From assembly GCA_035703635.1 (NCBI GenBank), contig DASSXV010000019.1, positions 1 through 27,888 of the forward strand: a DNA stretch of 27,888 bases, written 5' to 3'. The translations under genes were made by a program, and so were the position numbers. The DNA comes from Trueperaceae bacterium. Lineage in GTDB: Bacteria; Deinococcota; Deinococci; Deinococcales; Trueperaceae. This document shows positions 8,526 to 17,165 of the stretch, one piece after another. The notes beneath the pieces were generated by a model. That model had not been told where the DNA came from, did not search any database, and worked only from the letters and a program-made list of their open reading frames with translations. Position 1 is the first letter of the stretch; every line of letters begins with the position of its first letter.

Positions 8526-9395
8526 ATGTCGCCGTTGCCGCCCGACAAGAAGCCGCCCCCCACGGCAGAGCCGAAGAGCGCACTAGCCGGGGTCTACCTG
8601 CGCCCGCTGCCAGACGACGTGCTGCCAGCCAGGCACTCCGCAGGCGCGCGCCTGCGTGCGGCGCAACTGCAGGGGTTCTTGCGGCCGTTGCAGCAAAGCG
8701 CGCTTGCGGCCCTTGGGTCGCAGGCCGCCGTAACGCTGCTCGTGGTGGGATCGCAGGACTGGCACAAGCTCTGCCGCTACCCTTACGGTTTGCCGTTCAC
8801 GCGGACCGGCATCGGGGGCACCAGCGCTAACGTCGTGGCGGCCGCCGACTACCAACCGCGGCTGTTGCGGCGCTTCGACGAGACCATGCTCGCCGCCGCA
8901 CGCGCGGGCGTGAAGGCCCCAGCGCAGCCAGCGGAGTTCATCGACCTGATGGTTGGGCACGAGTGGGGCCACGCCGTAGCCAACCTCAGCGGCCTGCGCA
9001 CGCGTCTCAAGTGGCTCGACGAACTGAACGCCACCTACCTGTTCGTGCAGGCGCTGCACGCCACCGGCCAGGAGGCCATGCTCGAGCGCTACGCCGCCTG
9101 GACGCGCTGGCAGGTGGCGGCCACGCAACACGAGATGGGCGACCTGGCCGCGTTCGAGTACCCGCGCACGCGCGCGGGCTGGAACCGCCTCCTCTGGTAC
9201 CAAGGGGTGTTCGCCCAACGCGCGCTCGAACTGGCGCCGCGCCGCGGTTGGGGATACCTCAGGGCTCTGCGGCGCACGCTGCCGCCAGTCGACCGCGGTG
9301 AGCTAGCCAGGCGCCTGGTTGAGATCGAGCCGAGCTTCAAGCCGTGGTTCGCGGTCTTCGGTCGGGCGCAAGTGGTTGGCCAGGATCAGGTCTGA
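8526..9395 (+). CDS. Hypothetical HEXXH (gluzincin-like) metalloprotein
   Basis: VGHEWGH followed by KWLDELNATY as a third-ligand Glu motif; TACACT 8 nt upstream of ATG; no signal peptide. Confidence 0.65.
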   Translation: MSPLPPDKKPPPTAEPKSALAGVYLRPLPDDVLPARHSAGARLRAAQLQGFLRPLQQSALAALGSQAAVTLLVVGSQDWHKLCRYPYGLPFTRTGIGGTSANVVAAADYQPRLLRRFDETMLAAARAGVKAPAQPAEFIDLMVGHEWGHAVANLSGLRTRLKWLDELNATYLFVQALHATGQEAMLERYAAWTRWQVAATQHEMGDLAAFEYPRTRAGWNRLLWYQGVFAQRALELAPRRGWGYLRALRRTLPPVDRGELARRLVEIEPSFKPWFAVFGRAQVVGQDQV

Positions 9396-9404
9396 GGGCG
9401 GCTC

Positions 9405-11516
9405 TCACACGGCCATGACGAGGTCGTTGCGCAACTGCTCCGCCACCAACGCGAGGTTGTCCCGGTCGTCCGGCTGGCACGCAGAGATGAGATCCTCAGC
9501 GCGTTGCAGCGCCTCACGGGCGCGGCCGTCCTCACCCAAACTCATGGCGCTTTGCGCCATCGCAAGGGCGGCCTCTGCAGCGACCTCCGGCGGAAGCTCG
9601 AGGGCGGACAAGCGCCGGTAGAGGTCGAAGGCCTTGGTGGCGTCGTCTTGGCTGGTCGCCAGGTCCGCCGCAGCAAGGTAGTGAGCGTATGCGGCCTCGT
9701 GGGCGCCGCCAAGCTCGAAGTGCTCGGCCGTCAAGGCTGAGAACGCCAGCGGTGCGTGCTGCTCGAGCCAGGTGGCGATGCGCAAGTGCAGAACTGGCCT
9801 CTCGGCGTAAGGGATCATGCGCAGCACGCCATTGCGAAGGAGTTCGCTCTGGAAGCGGTACTCGATCTCGTTCGGGATGGAGGAGCTGGCCTGCGCTACG
9901 AGCATGTTCTCCGCCACCAACGCGCCGACGTCGGACGCTGCCGTGGAACCAGCGAGCTCGCGCAGGAGGCCCTCCCAGATCACCTCGCCAACCAGCGCGG
10001 CGTACGCGAGCACGCGGCGGTGGTGCGGGTTGATCATGTCGAGGCGCGCCTGAAGCAGCGAAGCGAGCGAGCCGGAGAACGCCTCCTCGGAGGCGACCGA
10101 GAGCGCTCGCCCCAGCTCGAGCACGTAAGCTGGCACCCCTCCGACCTGCTCGACGAGCTGAGCGACCGCCTCGCGCATGGGGGAGCCCGTGACCTCCGCA
10201 AGCAACAGCAGGGCCTGCTCCTTCGCGAGAGTGTGGAGGTGCAAGACCTGCGCGTCCTTGTGGTTAGTCAAGCGCCTGGCGGTGTGCACGATGAGCAGCG
10301 GCGCCTGTGAGTGCGTCAGCAGCGCGAGGAACTCGTGCAGCGCCGGGTCTCGCGGTTGGTTCTCGACCACTAAGACGAGCGGTTTGTGCGGCACCTCGCC
10401 TGACTCGTTGCGGCGCGCGAGCGCTAGGAGCAAGTCGCGCCAGGCGAGGCCCGTGCGGTCGACCCTGCGGCGCTCCGCGCGCTTCCACTCGCTGCTGGGC
10501 GCGAGATCGAGGCTGGCGAGGATGAGGCGCTGCCACCGCGACTCCCCTGGCAGCAGCGCCTCGAGTTGCCGTTGCACGCGCGGGGCCGCGCTGCGCTCCT
10601 CCTCGCCGACACGCAAGTCGAAGACTTGCCTTCCTAAACCGAGGAAGCTGAACTCTTCGCCCGTCGTCGGCTCGAGCCACAGCGCGCGCCCACCCGCCCC
10701 AACGCTGGCTAGGAACTCGCGCACGAGGCGCGTCTTGCCGCGGCCGGCCTCGCCAACGACCCAAAGCTCGCGCGCGGTGCCGCTGGCTGCGACCTCGTCG
10801 TACAGCTCCCTGATGCGCGCCATCTCCGCATCACGGCCCACGAACTTGACGTTGGCGTACGGGTCGGAATGGAGCCGGTTGCGCGCCACGAGGAGGTGGG
10901 CTGACGTGATGTCGGGGAAACCGTGCAGGCTGAGCGGGCCCGTGGAGCGGTAGTGCAGGCGGTTGCGCGTCGAGCGGTAAGTCTCTGGGCCAACCCAAAC
11001 CTGGCCGGGTTCGGCCGCCTCCTCGAGCCGCGCGGCGAGGTTAACGGCGCTGCCCATCACCGTGTACGCGCGCACGCGCCCTGACCCGATGGCGCCCGCG
11101 ATGACGATGCCGGTGTTGACGCCGGCGCGCGCCTTCAGCGGCAGGCGCCGCGACTTGCCGATCGCCTCGATGGCGCTGAGGCTGGCGGAGCCGGCGAGCA
11201 CGGCCCGCAGCGCGTCGTCAGGGTGAGAGTGCGGGGCGCCGAACAGCGCTAGCAGCCCGTCGCCCTTGAGTGCGTCGACGTAGCCGTCATACGACTCGAC
11301 CACGCCAGTGACGCTCGTGAGAGCCTCGTCCGCGAGATCGCGGAGGTCCTCGGGGTCGAGGTTGCGCGTCAGTCCGCTGAAGCCAGAGAGGTCGACGAAC
11401 AGCATCGTCACGCGGCGGCGCTCGCGCGTTGCCGCTTGCCTGCCGAGGCGCACGCCACACATGCCGCAGTAGCGCATGCCGCTCGGGTTGACGGCGCCGC
11501 AGGCAGCGCAGATCAT
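9405..11516 (-). CDS. Double zinc ribbon + class III nucleotidyl cyclase + STAND/AAA ATPase + short TPR-like tail
   Basis: CAAC/CGMC; ERRRVTMLFVDLSGF, GDGLLALFGAP, GVNTG, YTVMGSAVNLAARLE; FVGR, Walker A GEAGRGKT; GAGGA RBS before ATG 11516 (alternative GTG 11549). Confidence 0.9.
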   Translation of the reverse strand: MICAACGAVNPSGMRYCGMCGVRLGRQAATRERRRVTMLFVDLSGFSGLTRNLDPEDLRDLADEALTSVTGVVESYDGYVDALKGDGLLALFGAPHSHPDDALRAVLAGSASLSAIEAIGKSRRLPLKARAGVNTGIVIAGAIGSGRVRAYTVMGSAVNLAARLEEAAEPGQVWVGPETYRSTRNRLHYRSTGPLSLHGFPDITSAHLLVARNRLHSDPYANVKFVGRDAEMARIRELYDEVAASGTARELWVVGEAGRGKTRLVREFLASVGAGGRALWLEPTTGEEFSFLGLGRQVFDLRVGEEERSAAPRVQRQLEALLPGESRWQRLILASLDLAPSSEWKRAERRRVDRTGLAWRDLLLALARRNESGEVPHKPLVLVVENQPRDPALHEFLALLTHSQAPLLIVHTARRLTNHKDAQVLHLHTLAKEQALLLLAEVTGSPMREAVAQLVEQVGGVPAYVLELGRALSVASEEAFSGSLASLLQARLDMINPHHRRVLAYAALVGEVIWEGLLRELAGSTAASDVGALVAENMLVAQASSSIPNEIEYRFQSELLRNGVLRMIPYAERPVLHLRIATWLEQHAPLAFSALTAEHFELGGAHEAAYAHYLAAADLATSQDDATKAFDLYRRLSALELPPEVAAEAALAMAQSAMSLGEDGRAREALQRAEDLISACQPDDRDNLALVAEQLRNDLVMAV

Positions 11517-11561
11517 CGCGTGAGGGTCCTCAGCTTCACGTGACTCCACATCACCATAGAG

Positions 11562-12863
11562 TTACCAGCCTAGCAGCGGCGCGGCGTCGATGAACGGGCT
11601 GCCCCCGCTAGCCTCACGCCGTGCGTAGAACTGCAGCACGTCCGGACGCGTTAGGGTGCCGCCGCCCAAGTAGCCAATGACGCTGCCTTGCGCCACGGTG
11701 GCGTACATCTCGACGAGGGGTTGGCGGAGGTTCACGTAGATGCTGACCATGTCGCCAGCGTGCTGCAAGGCGACCATGTAGCCGAGGTTCGCCCCCAAGT
11801 AGGTGATGGCGGTGACGCGCCCCGTCTGCACGGCGCGAACGGCGGCGTTGCTTACGGGCGCCTGGATGCCGAGGTAGGAGTTGTTGCCTTCCCCGAACCG
11901 GCTGATGAGCTTGGCGCCATCGAACGGCCGCACGAAACCGGTGGTGAGCGGCGCGAGCGGGGCGGCCAGCTCGTCAGCGCGGCTGCGGGCGGCGTCGGCT
12001 TGGCGCTGCAGCTCGAGTTGTCGATCGCGGTCCTGAGCGAACTGCGCGGCTGCGGCGCGGGCGCGCTCTTCCTCCGCCCGCAGCCGCGCGATCTCGTTAG
12101 TGCGTTGCCTGTCGAGGTCGCCGAGGCTGCGCTCGATGCGGTTCTGTTCCTCGAGCAGGGACTGCTGCTGGATGAGCTGACCCGCCTGGGTGGCGTTGAG
12201 TTCGGCCACGATCTGCTCCAAGCGCTTCGCTGCCGCCTCGAGGTCCGCTTCCGCGCGCTCCAACTCCGCTGCCGCCGCGCTCAGTTCCGCCAGCTGCGTT
12301 TCTAGCTGCGCCTTGGCGCTGCGCTGCTCGGCCACCACGCTGTCTAGCTCGTTGATGACGTCCGCGTCCTGCTCCGCCAGCAACCCGAGGTAGTGGTTGC
12401 GCACGCGCAAGTCGTGGAACGACTGACTTGCGCCCAGCGAAGCCGCTAGGCGCCTACCGCGTTGCTTGTACTGGCTGAGGAGGAGGTCCTGTACCCTGTC
12501 CGCGATCTGCGCGAGGCGCTCGTCCAACTCGGCGATGCGCGCTTCGGTCGCTTCTCGTTGCGCGTCAAGGTCGGCCATGCGCACGATCAAGGACTCGCGT
12601 TCCCTGCGCTTGGCTGCTAGGTCGTTGCTAACCGAGTCGCGTTCGGCAATGCGTTTCTGAAGTTGAGATTCCGTCTGGCCGAGCGCCGACTTTATCTCTT
12701 CTAGTTCGTTATTGCGCTCTTGGAGGAGGTTCTCGTAACTCTTGAGGTCGCGCTCGAGCGCCTGCAGCTCGGTGCTGGTCAACTGGACTTGCGCCAGGGC
12801 CGGCGTCGTCAAGGCCATGAGTGCCAGGCAGACTGCGATGAGCGCTATGTATGGGCGCGGCAC
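11562..12863 (-). CDS. EnvC-like murein hydrolase activator (coiled coil + degenerate M23/LytM domain)
   Basis: Signal peptide, ~270-aa coiled coil, LytM-like C-terminus lacking HxxxD/HxH (YLGIQA, SIYVNL, VLQFY); adjacent to ftsX. Confidence 0.82.
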   Translation of the reverse strand: MPRPYIALIAVCLALMALTTPALAQVQLTSTELQALERDLKSYENLLQERNNELEEIKSALGQTESQLQKRIAERDSVSNDLAAKRRERESLIVRMADLDAQREATEARIAELDERLAQIADRVQDLLLSQYKQRGRRLAASLGASQSFHDLRVRNHYLGLLAEQDADVINELDSVVAEQRSAKAQLETQLAELSAAAAELERAEADLEAAAKRLEQIVAELNATQAGQLIQQQSLLEEQNRIERSLGDLDRQRTNEIARLRAEEERARAAAAQFAQDRDRQLELQRQADAARSRADELAAPLAPLTTGFVRPFDGAKLISRFGEGNNSYLGIQAPVSNAAVRAVQTGRVTAITYLGANLGYMVALQHAGDMVSIYVNLRQPLVEMYATVAQGSVIGYLGGGTLTRPDVLQFYARREASGGSPFIDAAPLLGW

Positions 12864-12869
12864 CGCCCA

Positions 12870-12875
12870 AGTGTA
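12870..12875 (-). promoter_or_regulatory. Extended -10 (TGcTACACT) 6 nt before GTG; leaderless promoter of the envC-like gene
   Basis: Minus strand gctgcTACACTtgggcgGTG; no SD sequence. Confidence 0.7.
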
Positions 12876-12925
12876 GCAGCGAGCACCGCGCGCTTCATGC
12901 CGTCCAGGATTCAGAGCCGCAGGAA

Positions 12926-13789
12926 CTACGCCTGCTCGCGCAAGTGTTGCGCTACCGCGATGGCGCTACCCACTAGGCCAACGAGCATGGCCAGTAACGC
13001 GAGCAGGCCAGCGATCCAGCCGAGCAACGCTGCGTCGCGCACGAACGGCACGAAGGTGAACTGCTCAGAGAGGCGCATGACCGCCACCTGGTAGCCGGGG
13101 ATGGCCAAGCCAAGCGCGAGGGCGGCGCTTATCAGACCGAGCAGGAAGCCCTCCAGGAGGAACGGCAGGCGGATGAACCCACGACTGGCGCCGACGAGGC
13201 GCATGACGTCGATCTCTTCCTTGCGCGCCGTTATGGCGGCCCTGATGGAGTTGACGATGGCGAAGAGCGCCGCCCCAAGCAGCACGACGATGAGGATGGA
13301 GCCGCCGATGCGCAGCACATCGTTGAGCGCTAGGAAGGTCGCTACCTCCGCGCTCGAGTCGTCGACCTCGCTAACGCCAGGCAACTGCTCGAGCCGCAGC
13401 CTGATGAGCGAGGTGTACGCGGGGTCGAGCAGGCGCAGATGGAACGTGTCTGGGAGCGGGTTCTCGACCAAGCCAGCGGCGCGACCGAGGGCTGGCAGGT
13501 CGACCACCATCTCGGCGAGCGCTTGGCTCTTGCTGACGAACTCGAGGCTCTCGACCTCTGGCCAGGCGCGCACCGTGCTCGTGAGTTGCTGCACGTTCGC
13601 CCCGTCAGCGAGGTAGGCCGCCAACTCGAGCTCGCCCTGCAGTGACGCGAGCGCGTTGTTGAGGTTCACGGACACCAGGCTGAACCCCACCAGGATGGTG
13701 AGGGAGAGCGTCATCGTCGTGATGGTCGAGACGCTCGCGATCCAGTTGCCGCGAATGGCACGCATGGCCTGCAAGAACGCGTACATCAT
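12926..13789 (-). CDS. ftsX: Cell division permease FtsX
   Basis: TM1, extracytoplasmic domain with FVSKSQAL and ENPLPD, IVNSIRAAITARKEEIDVMRLVGASRGFIRLPFLLEG; TAAGGT (13797-13802) 7 nt before ATG 13789. Confidence 0.93.
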   Translation of the reverse strand: MMYAFLQAMRAIRGNWIASVSTITTMTLSLTILVGFSLVSVNLNNALASLQGELELAAYLADGANVQQLTSTVRAWPEVESLEFVSKSQALAEMVVDLPALGRAAGLVENPLPDTFHLRLLDPAYTSLIRLRLEQLPGVSEVDDSSAEVATFLALNDVLRIGGSILIVVLLGAALFAIVNSIRAAITARKEEIDVMRLVGASRGFIRLPFLLEGFLLGLISAALALGLAIPGYQVAVMRLSEQFTFVPFVRDAALLGWIAGLLALLAMLVGLVGSAIAVAQHLREQA

Positions 13790-13870
13790 GCGCGCCACCT
13801 TAGCGCCGCACGACGAGCTAGTTCATGTGAGGTCACGGGAGCAATCTTACCTAGTGAGCTAAGCGCGTGC

Positions 13871-14863
13871 TCAGGCCAGATTCTTGATGACAGTGTCAGT
13901 GAAGCCCTCAGTGCTGGCGCTGCCGCCGAGGTCGGGGGTCAGCTCGCCAGTAGCCAGCGACTTGTCGACGGCTGCCTCGATGCGGTCAGCAGCCGCGCGC
14001 TCGCCCAAGTGATCGAGGAGCATGGCTGCCGTTAGGAACGTGGCGGTCGGGTTGGCTAGCTTGCGGCCAGCGATGTCGGGGGCGCTGCCGTGCACGGGTT
14101 CGAAGATGGCGTACTTCTCGCCGACGTTGGCGCTTGGGGCGATCCCGAGGCCGCCGGTGAGGCCCGCCATGAGGTCGGAGAGGATGTCGCCGAAGAGGTT
14201 GGTCGACACGAGGACGTCGAACGTCTCGGGTGAACGCACGAGCTTCATGGCGGCAGCGTCGACGATGATGTCGTACGTCTCGACCTCCGGGTACTCCTTG
14301 GCGACCTCCATGACGGTGTCGAGGAACAGCCCGGACGTGAGGGGCAAGACGTTGGCCTTGTGCACGACGGCCAGCCGCTTGCGGCGGCGCATGGCCTGCT
14401 CGAGGGCTACGCGCGCGATGCGCTCGCTAGCGTGGCGGGTGACGACCGCGTCCGCGATGGCCACGTCGCCGTAGCGGCGCTCCTTCTCGACGTAGAGGCC
14501 CTCGGTGTTCTCGCGCACCATGAGCATGTCGATGCCCGGCGCGGAGCCAGGCACTGGGCGCGAACGCGCGGGGCGCAGGTTCGAGAAGAGGTCGAGCGTG
14601 CGGCGCATGTAGCGGATGGCGCCCTGATGACCCTCCACGCGCTTTGACGGGCTGGTGAACGCTCCGGCGAGGGTGGCGTCCGCCGCACGCACGGCGGCTA
14701 CGGTGGCTTCCGGGACGCTAGTGCCTTGTGCTTGGAAGGTGCCCCAGCCGGCTTCCGCTACGCTGAACTCTAGAGGCAGGCCCGTGGCCTCCAGCAAGCG
14801 GCGGGCCGCCGGGATGACCTCCTGACCGATGCCGTCTCCGGGGATCAAGCAGATGGTGTACAC
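13871..14863 (-). CDS. hicdh: Homoisocitrate/isocitrate dehydrogenase (Thermus-Deinococcus HICDH type; alpha-aminoadipate lysine pathway)
   Basis: [64 protein letters not shown] closely follow recalled T. thermophilus HICDH; AAGGAG 6 nt before GTG 14863. Confidence 0.88.
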   Translation of the reverse strand: MYTICLIPGDGIGQEVIPAARRLLEATGLPLEFSVAEAGWGTFQAQGTSVPEATVAAVRAADATLAGAFTSPSKRVEGHQGAIRYMRRTLDLFSNLRPARSRPVPGSAPGIDMLMVRENTEGLYVEKERRYGDVAIADAVVTRHASERIARVALEQAMRRRKRLAVVHKANVLPLTSGLFLDTVMEVAKEYPEVETYDIIVDAAAMKLVRSPETFDVLVSTNLFGDILSDLMAGLTGGLGIAPSANVGEKYAIFEPVHGSAPDIAGRKLANPTATFLTAAMLLDHLGERAAADRIEAAVDKSLATGELTPDLGGSASTEGFTDTVIKNLA

Positions 14864-15045
14864 GCGCAACTCCTTGGGGTGCGCCGCTACGGTTACGTTT
14901 GGGCCGACACCCGAGGTGGCCCTGGTAACAGCTGCCGAGTTGGGCTAGGTGTTGGCGCCCACCGTGCGGCGAGGCGGCCCCAAACTACCACGGCACGCGG
15001 AGGCCGCGGCGCGCTGGTAACATGCAGAGCGATCGGAGTGGTGGA

Positions 15046-15849
15046 GTGTCGACTTTGAACGGCCGCTTGGGAGAGGGTGTGGTGGCTAACGTGCTGCAGT
15101 ACTTGCAGCTTAGCCAAGGCACCGGTTGCCTGTCGCTCGTTCACCCAGCTCGGCGCCACGCCCAGGTCTACCTCGAGAACGGCAAGGTGGTGTTCGTCGA
15201 GGCGCGGCCGCTGTACGACCTGGCGGCGCTAACCGCTATCCTCGAGTGGCACGAGGGGCGCTTCTCCTTCCGCCCCGGGGTCGTGGCGCCGCGCCGCAGC
15301 ATGAGCCGTAACGTCGACACCCTGCTGCTCGAAGCCACCCACTTGGCTGACGCTGGCGTGGCAGAACCAGGACCGACCGTTGCCCCTGACACCGTTCTGC
15401 GCATCTCGAAGCGCAACGCCCAGTACGACTCCGTCATGCTCTCCCTTGGTGCGCTGCACTTGTGGCGCTGCCTCGACGACGTCAGCAGCTTGCGGGAACT
15501 GGCAGTAAAGGCTGGCACGCCACTGGCCGGCGTGATCACCGCGGCAGAGGAACTCATCGATCACGGGCTCGTCGAGTTCGCGTCCTTGAGGGTCGCAGAC
15601 CCGCGCTTCGCCCGCGAGGTGGCGCGCGAAGCCGTCGACCTGCTCGGTCCCGTTGGTTCGATCGTCGTGGAGGACGCGCTCATCGAGCTAGGCATCAGCT
15701 CGGAGGCGCTCCCTGTTGGGTTGGTGGAAGAGTTCGTTGACGAGGTCGCGCGCGCCTTCCCGAGCGGGGACCGCCGCCTCGAGTTCTCGCGGCGCGCCAC
15801 TCAGTTGCGCGCCATGTTCGCCCTCGACCCGCAGGAACCCCGGAGGTAG
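15046..15849 (+). CDS. DUF4388 (PatA-N) domain protein with central winged-helix-like and C-terminal helical domains
   Basis: LNGRL..VANVLQYLQLSQGTGCL, VYLENGKVV, ILEWHEGRFSF, LLLEA; C-terminal DLLGPVGSIVVEDAL; GGAG before GTG 15046 (the track's ATG 15022 overlaps a TGgTAACAT -10). Confidence 0.85.
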   Translation: MSTLNGRLGEGVVANVLQYLQLSQGTGCLSLVHPARRHAQVYLENGKVVFVEARPLYDLAALTAILEWHEGRFSFRPGVVAPRRSMSRNVDTLLLEATHLADAGVAEPGPTVAPDTVLRISKRNAQYDSVMLSLGALHLWRCLDDVSSLRELAVKAGTPLAGVITAAEELIDHGLVEFASLRVADPRFAREVAREAVDLLGPVGSIVVEDALIELGISSEALPVGLVEEFVDEVARAFPSGDRRLEFSRRATQLRAMFALDPQEPRR

Positions 15850-15851
15850 TC

Positions 15852-17141
15852 GTGAATTACGTTGTCTTGGTCTTGGAACCCTTGCCTGATGACTTGCCGG
15901 CTGCGGCAGAAGTCGTAGCCAAGGGTCTCACCATCTCGCCAGAGAACGTCATGAAACTCTTCGGACGCGCCCCTGGGGCGGTCACGCGCCCGGTTCCGGA
16001 GCGCGAAGCCCGCCGGATCCGCAGCGTCATGCAGGAAGCTGGCCTCACGATCGAGGTGCGCGAGGGCAGCGAGGCGGGCCCGGTAGTCGACTTGACCGCC
16101 CCAACTCTGCCAGACGTCGTGGTCGGCGAGCCACAACCCGCCGCCGACGAGCACGTTGCCCCCGCCGTTACGAGCACGCAGGACTCGAGCGTGACGAGCA
16201 CGAGCGAGCGGCAACGCGCCGTGCCACAGCCTGGCCACACGACCGCTACGCCCCCGCGCGACCCCACCCGCACGACGCTGGTGCGTAACCCACCTAGGCT
16301 CGAGCGCAGCGGCCTGCGGCGGCGCATCACCAGCGTGGTGACCATGACCGCGCTACTGACCCTCGTCGTCACCTTGGCGGCCATCGCCATCACGGTGCTC
16401 CCGCTCCTCAGACAAGAGGAGCAACGGCGCGTCTCGGGTGTGGTGAACGCGGTCACCGCCACCATCGAGGGGTTGTCAGGCGGGCTACCGCTCTCCGCGC
16501 CCATCCTGCGCCTCGAACTCGACGCCGTGCAGGCGCGCGGCGCCGCCTCGGCGTGGGGGGTCGATCACTTGCTGATAGTCGACGCCGACCTAACGCCGAT
16601 GATCGCTTGGTACAAGGGCAAACCGGGGCTCGACGCCTTCCCCGCCGACCTCCGCGAGGCGGAACTCGAGCGCGCGCGAGTTGCTTTGACGGCCACCACG
16701 GCAGTAGAGGAGACGCAGCCAACCGGTTGGCTTGGCAGCCTGAGCGCCAGCGGCCGCGACCTCCTCGCGCTGGTCGGGCTGGGAGGCACAAGCCGGACCG
16801 AGGCAGCAGCGCAGCTTCGGCGCCTTGGCGCGGTCAGCGGCGCGGTGGTTGCCGGCGCAGAGCCAAGCGCACTCCTCAAGTTCGGCACTGCGCTCCTCAC
16901 GGCCCTGCTCGTCGGCTTGGTGCCCGTGCTCTTCGGTGTGCTCGCTGCGCTCTCGCTAACGCGGGGTCTGCGCGAGTCGATCAACTACCTCTTGATCGCC
17001 GCCGACCGCATCAGCCACGGTGACTTCGAGCTACCAGTCGAACTGGCGCGCGACGACGAACTCGGCCAAATAGCCAGCGCCGTCGAACGCATGCGCATCA
17101 GTTTGCGTGAGGGCATGGAGCGCTTACGGCAGCGGCGCTAA
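15852..17141 (+). CDS. Membrane protein: small N-terminal alpha/beta domain, Pro/Thr linker, two TM helices, terminal HAMP domain
   Basis: GGAGG RBS; HAMP LLIAADRISHGDFELPVELARDDELGQIASAVERMRISL ends about 11 aa before the stop. Confidence 0.85.
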   Translation: MNYVVLVLEPLPDDLPAAAEVVAKGLTISPENVMKLFGRAPGAVTRPVPEREARRIRSVMQEAGLTIEVREGSEAGPVVDLTAPTLPDVVVGEPQPAADEHVAPAVTSTQDSSVTSTSERQRAVPQPGHTTATPPRDPTRTTLVRNPPRLERSGLRRRITSVVTMTALLTLVVTLAAIAITVLPLLRQEEQRRVSGVVNAVTATIEGLSGGLPLSAPILRLELDAVQARGAASAWGVDHLLIVDADLTPMIAWYKGKPGLDAFPADLREAELERARVALTATTAVEETQPTGWLGSLSASGRDLLALVGLGGTSRTEAAAQLRRLGAVSGAVVAGAEPSALLKFGTALLTALLVGLVPVLFGVLAALSLTRGLRESINYLLIAADRISHGDFELPVELARDDELGQIASAVERMRISLREGMERLRQRR

Positions 17142-17144
17142 GCC

Positions 17145-17165
17145 GCTGAGGCGCGTGGCCTCAGC
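17145..17165. terminator. Hairpin between the convergent HAMP gene and glyA
   Basis: Perfect 8-bp stem GCTGAGGC-gcgtg-GCCTCAGC overlapping the glyA stop; no U tract on either side. Confidence 0.45.

Noticed and set aside
9405-11516. Pycsar/Avs-type anti-phage system
   Set aside because: No adjacent cNMP-binding effector, nuclease or TIR gene; housekeeping context; the architecture is a widespread signalling type
8090-13830. Shared YTCATG hexamers upstream of amidase, envC-like and ftsX
   Set aside because: Too short, with inconsistent orientation and spacing, to call a regulon motif
13826-13837. CRP-like site TGTGA-gg-TCACG upstream of ftsX
   Set aside because: Spacer is 2 nt rather than 6; single imperfect instance
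14922-15022. Direct repeat CTGGTAACA (14922-14930, 15014-15022)
   Set aside because: Only two 9-mers 92 nt apart; the second is explained as an extended -10 box
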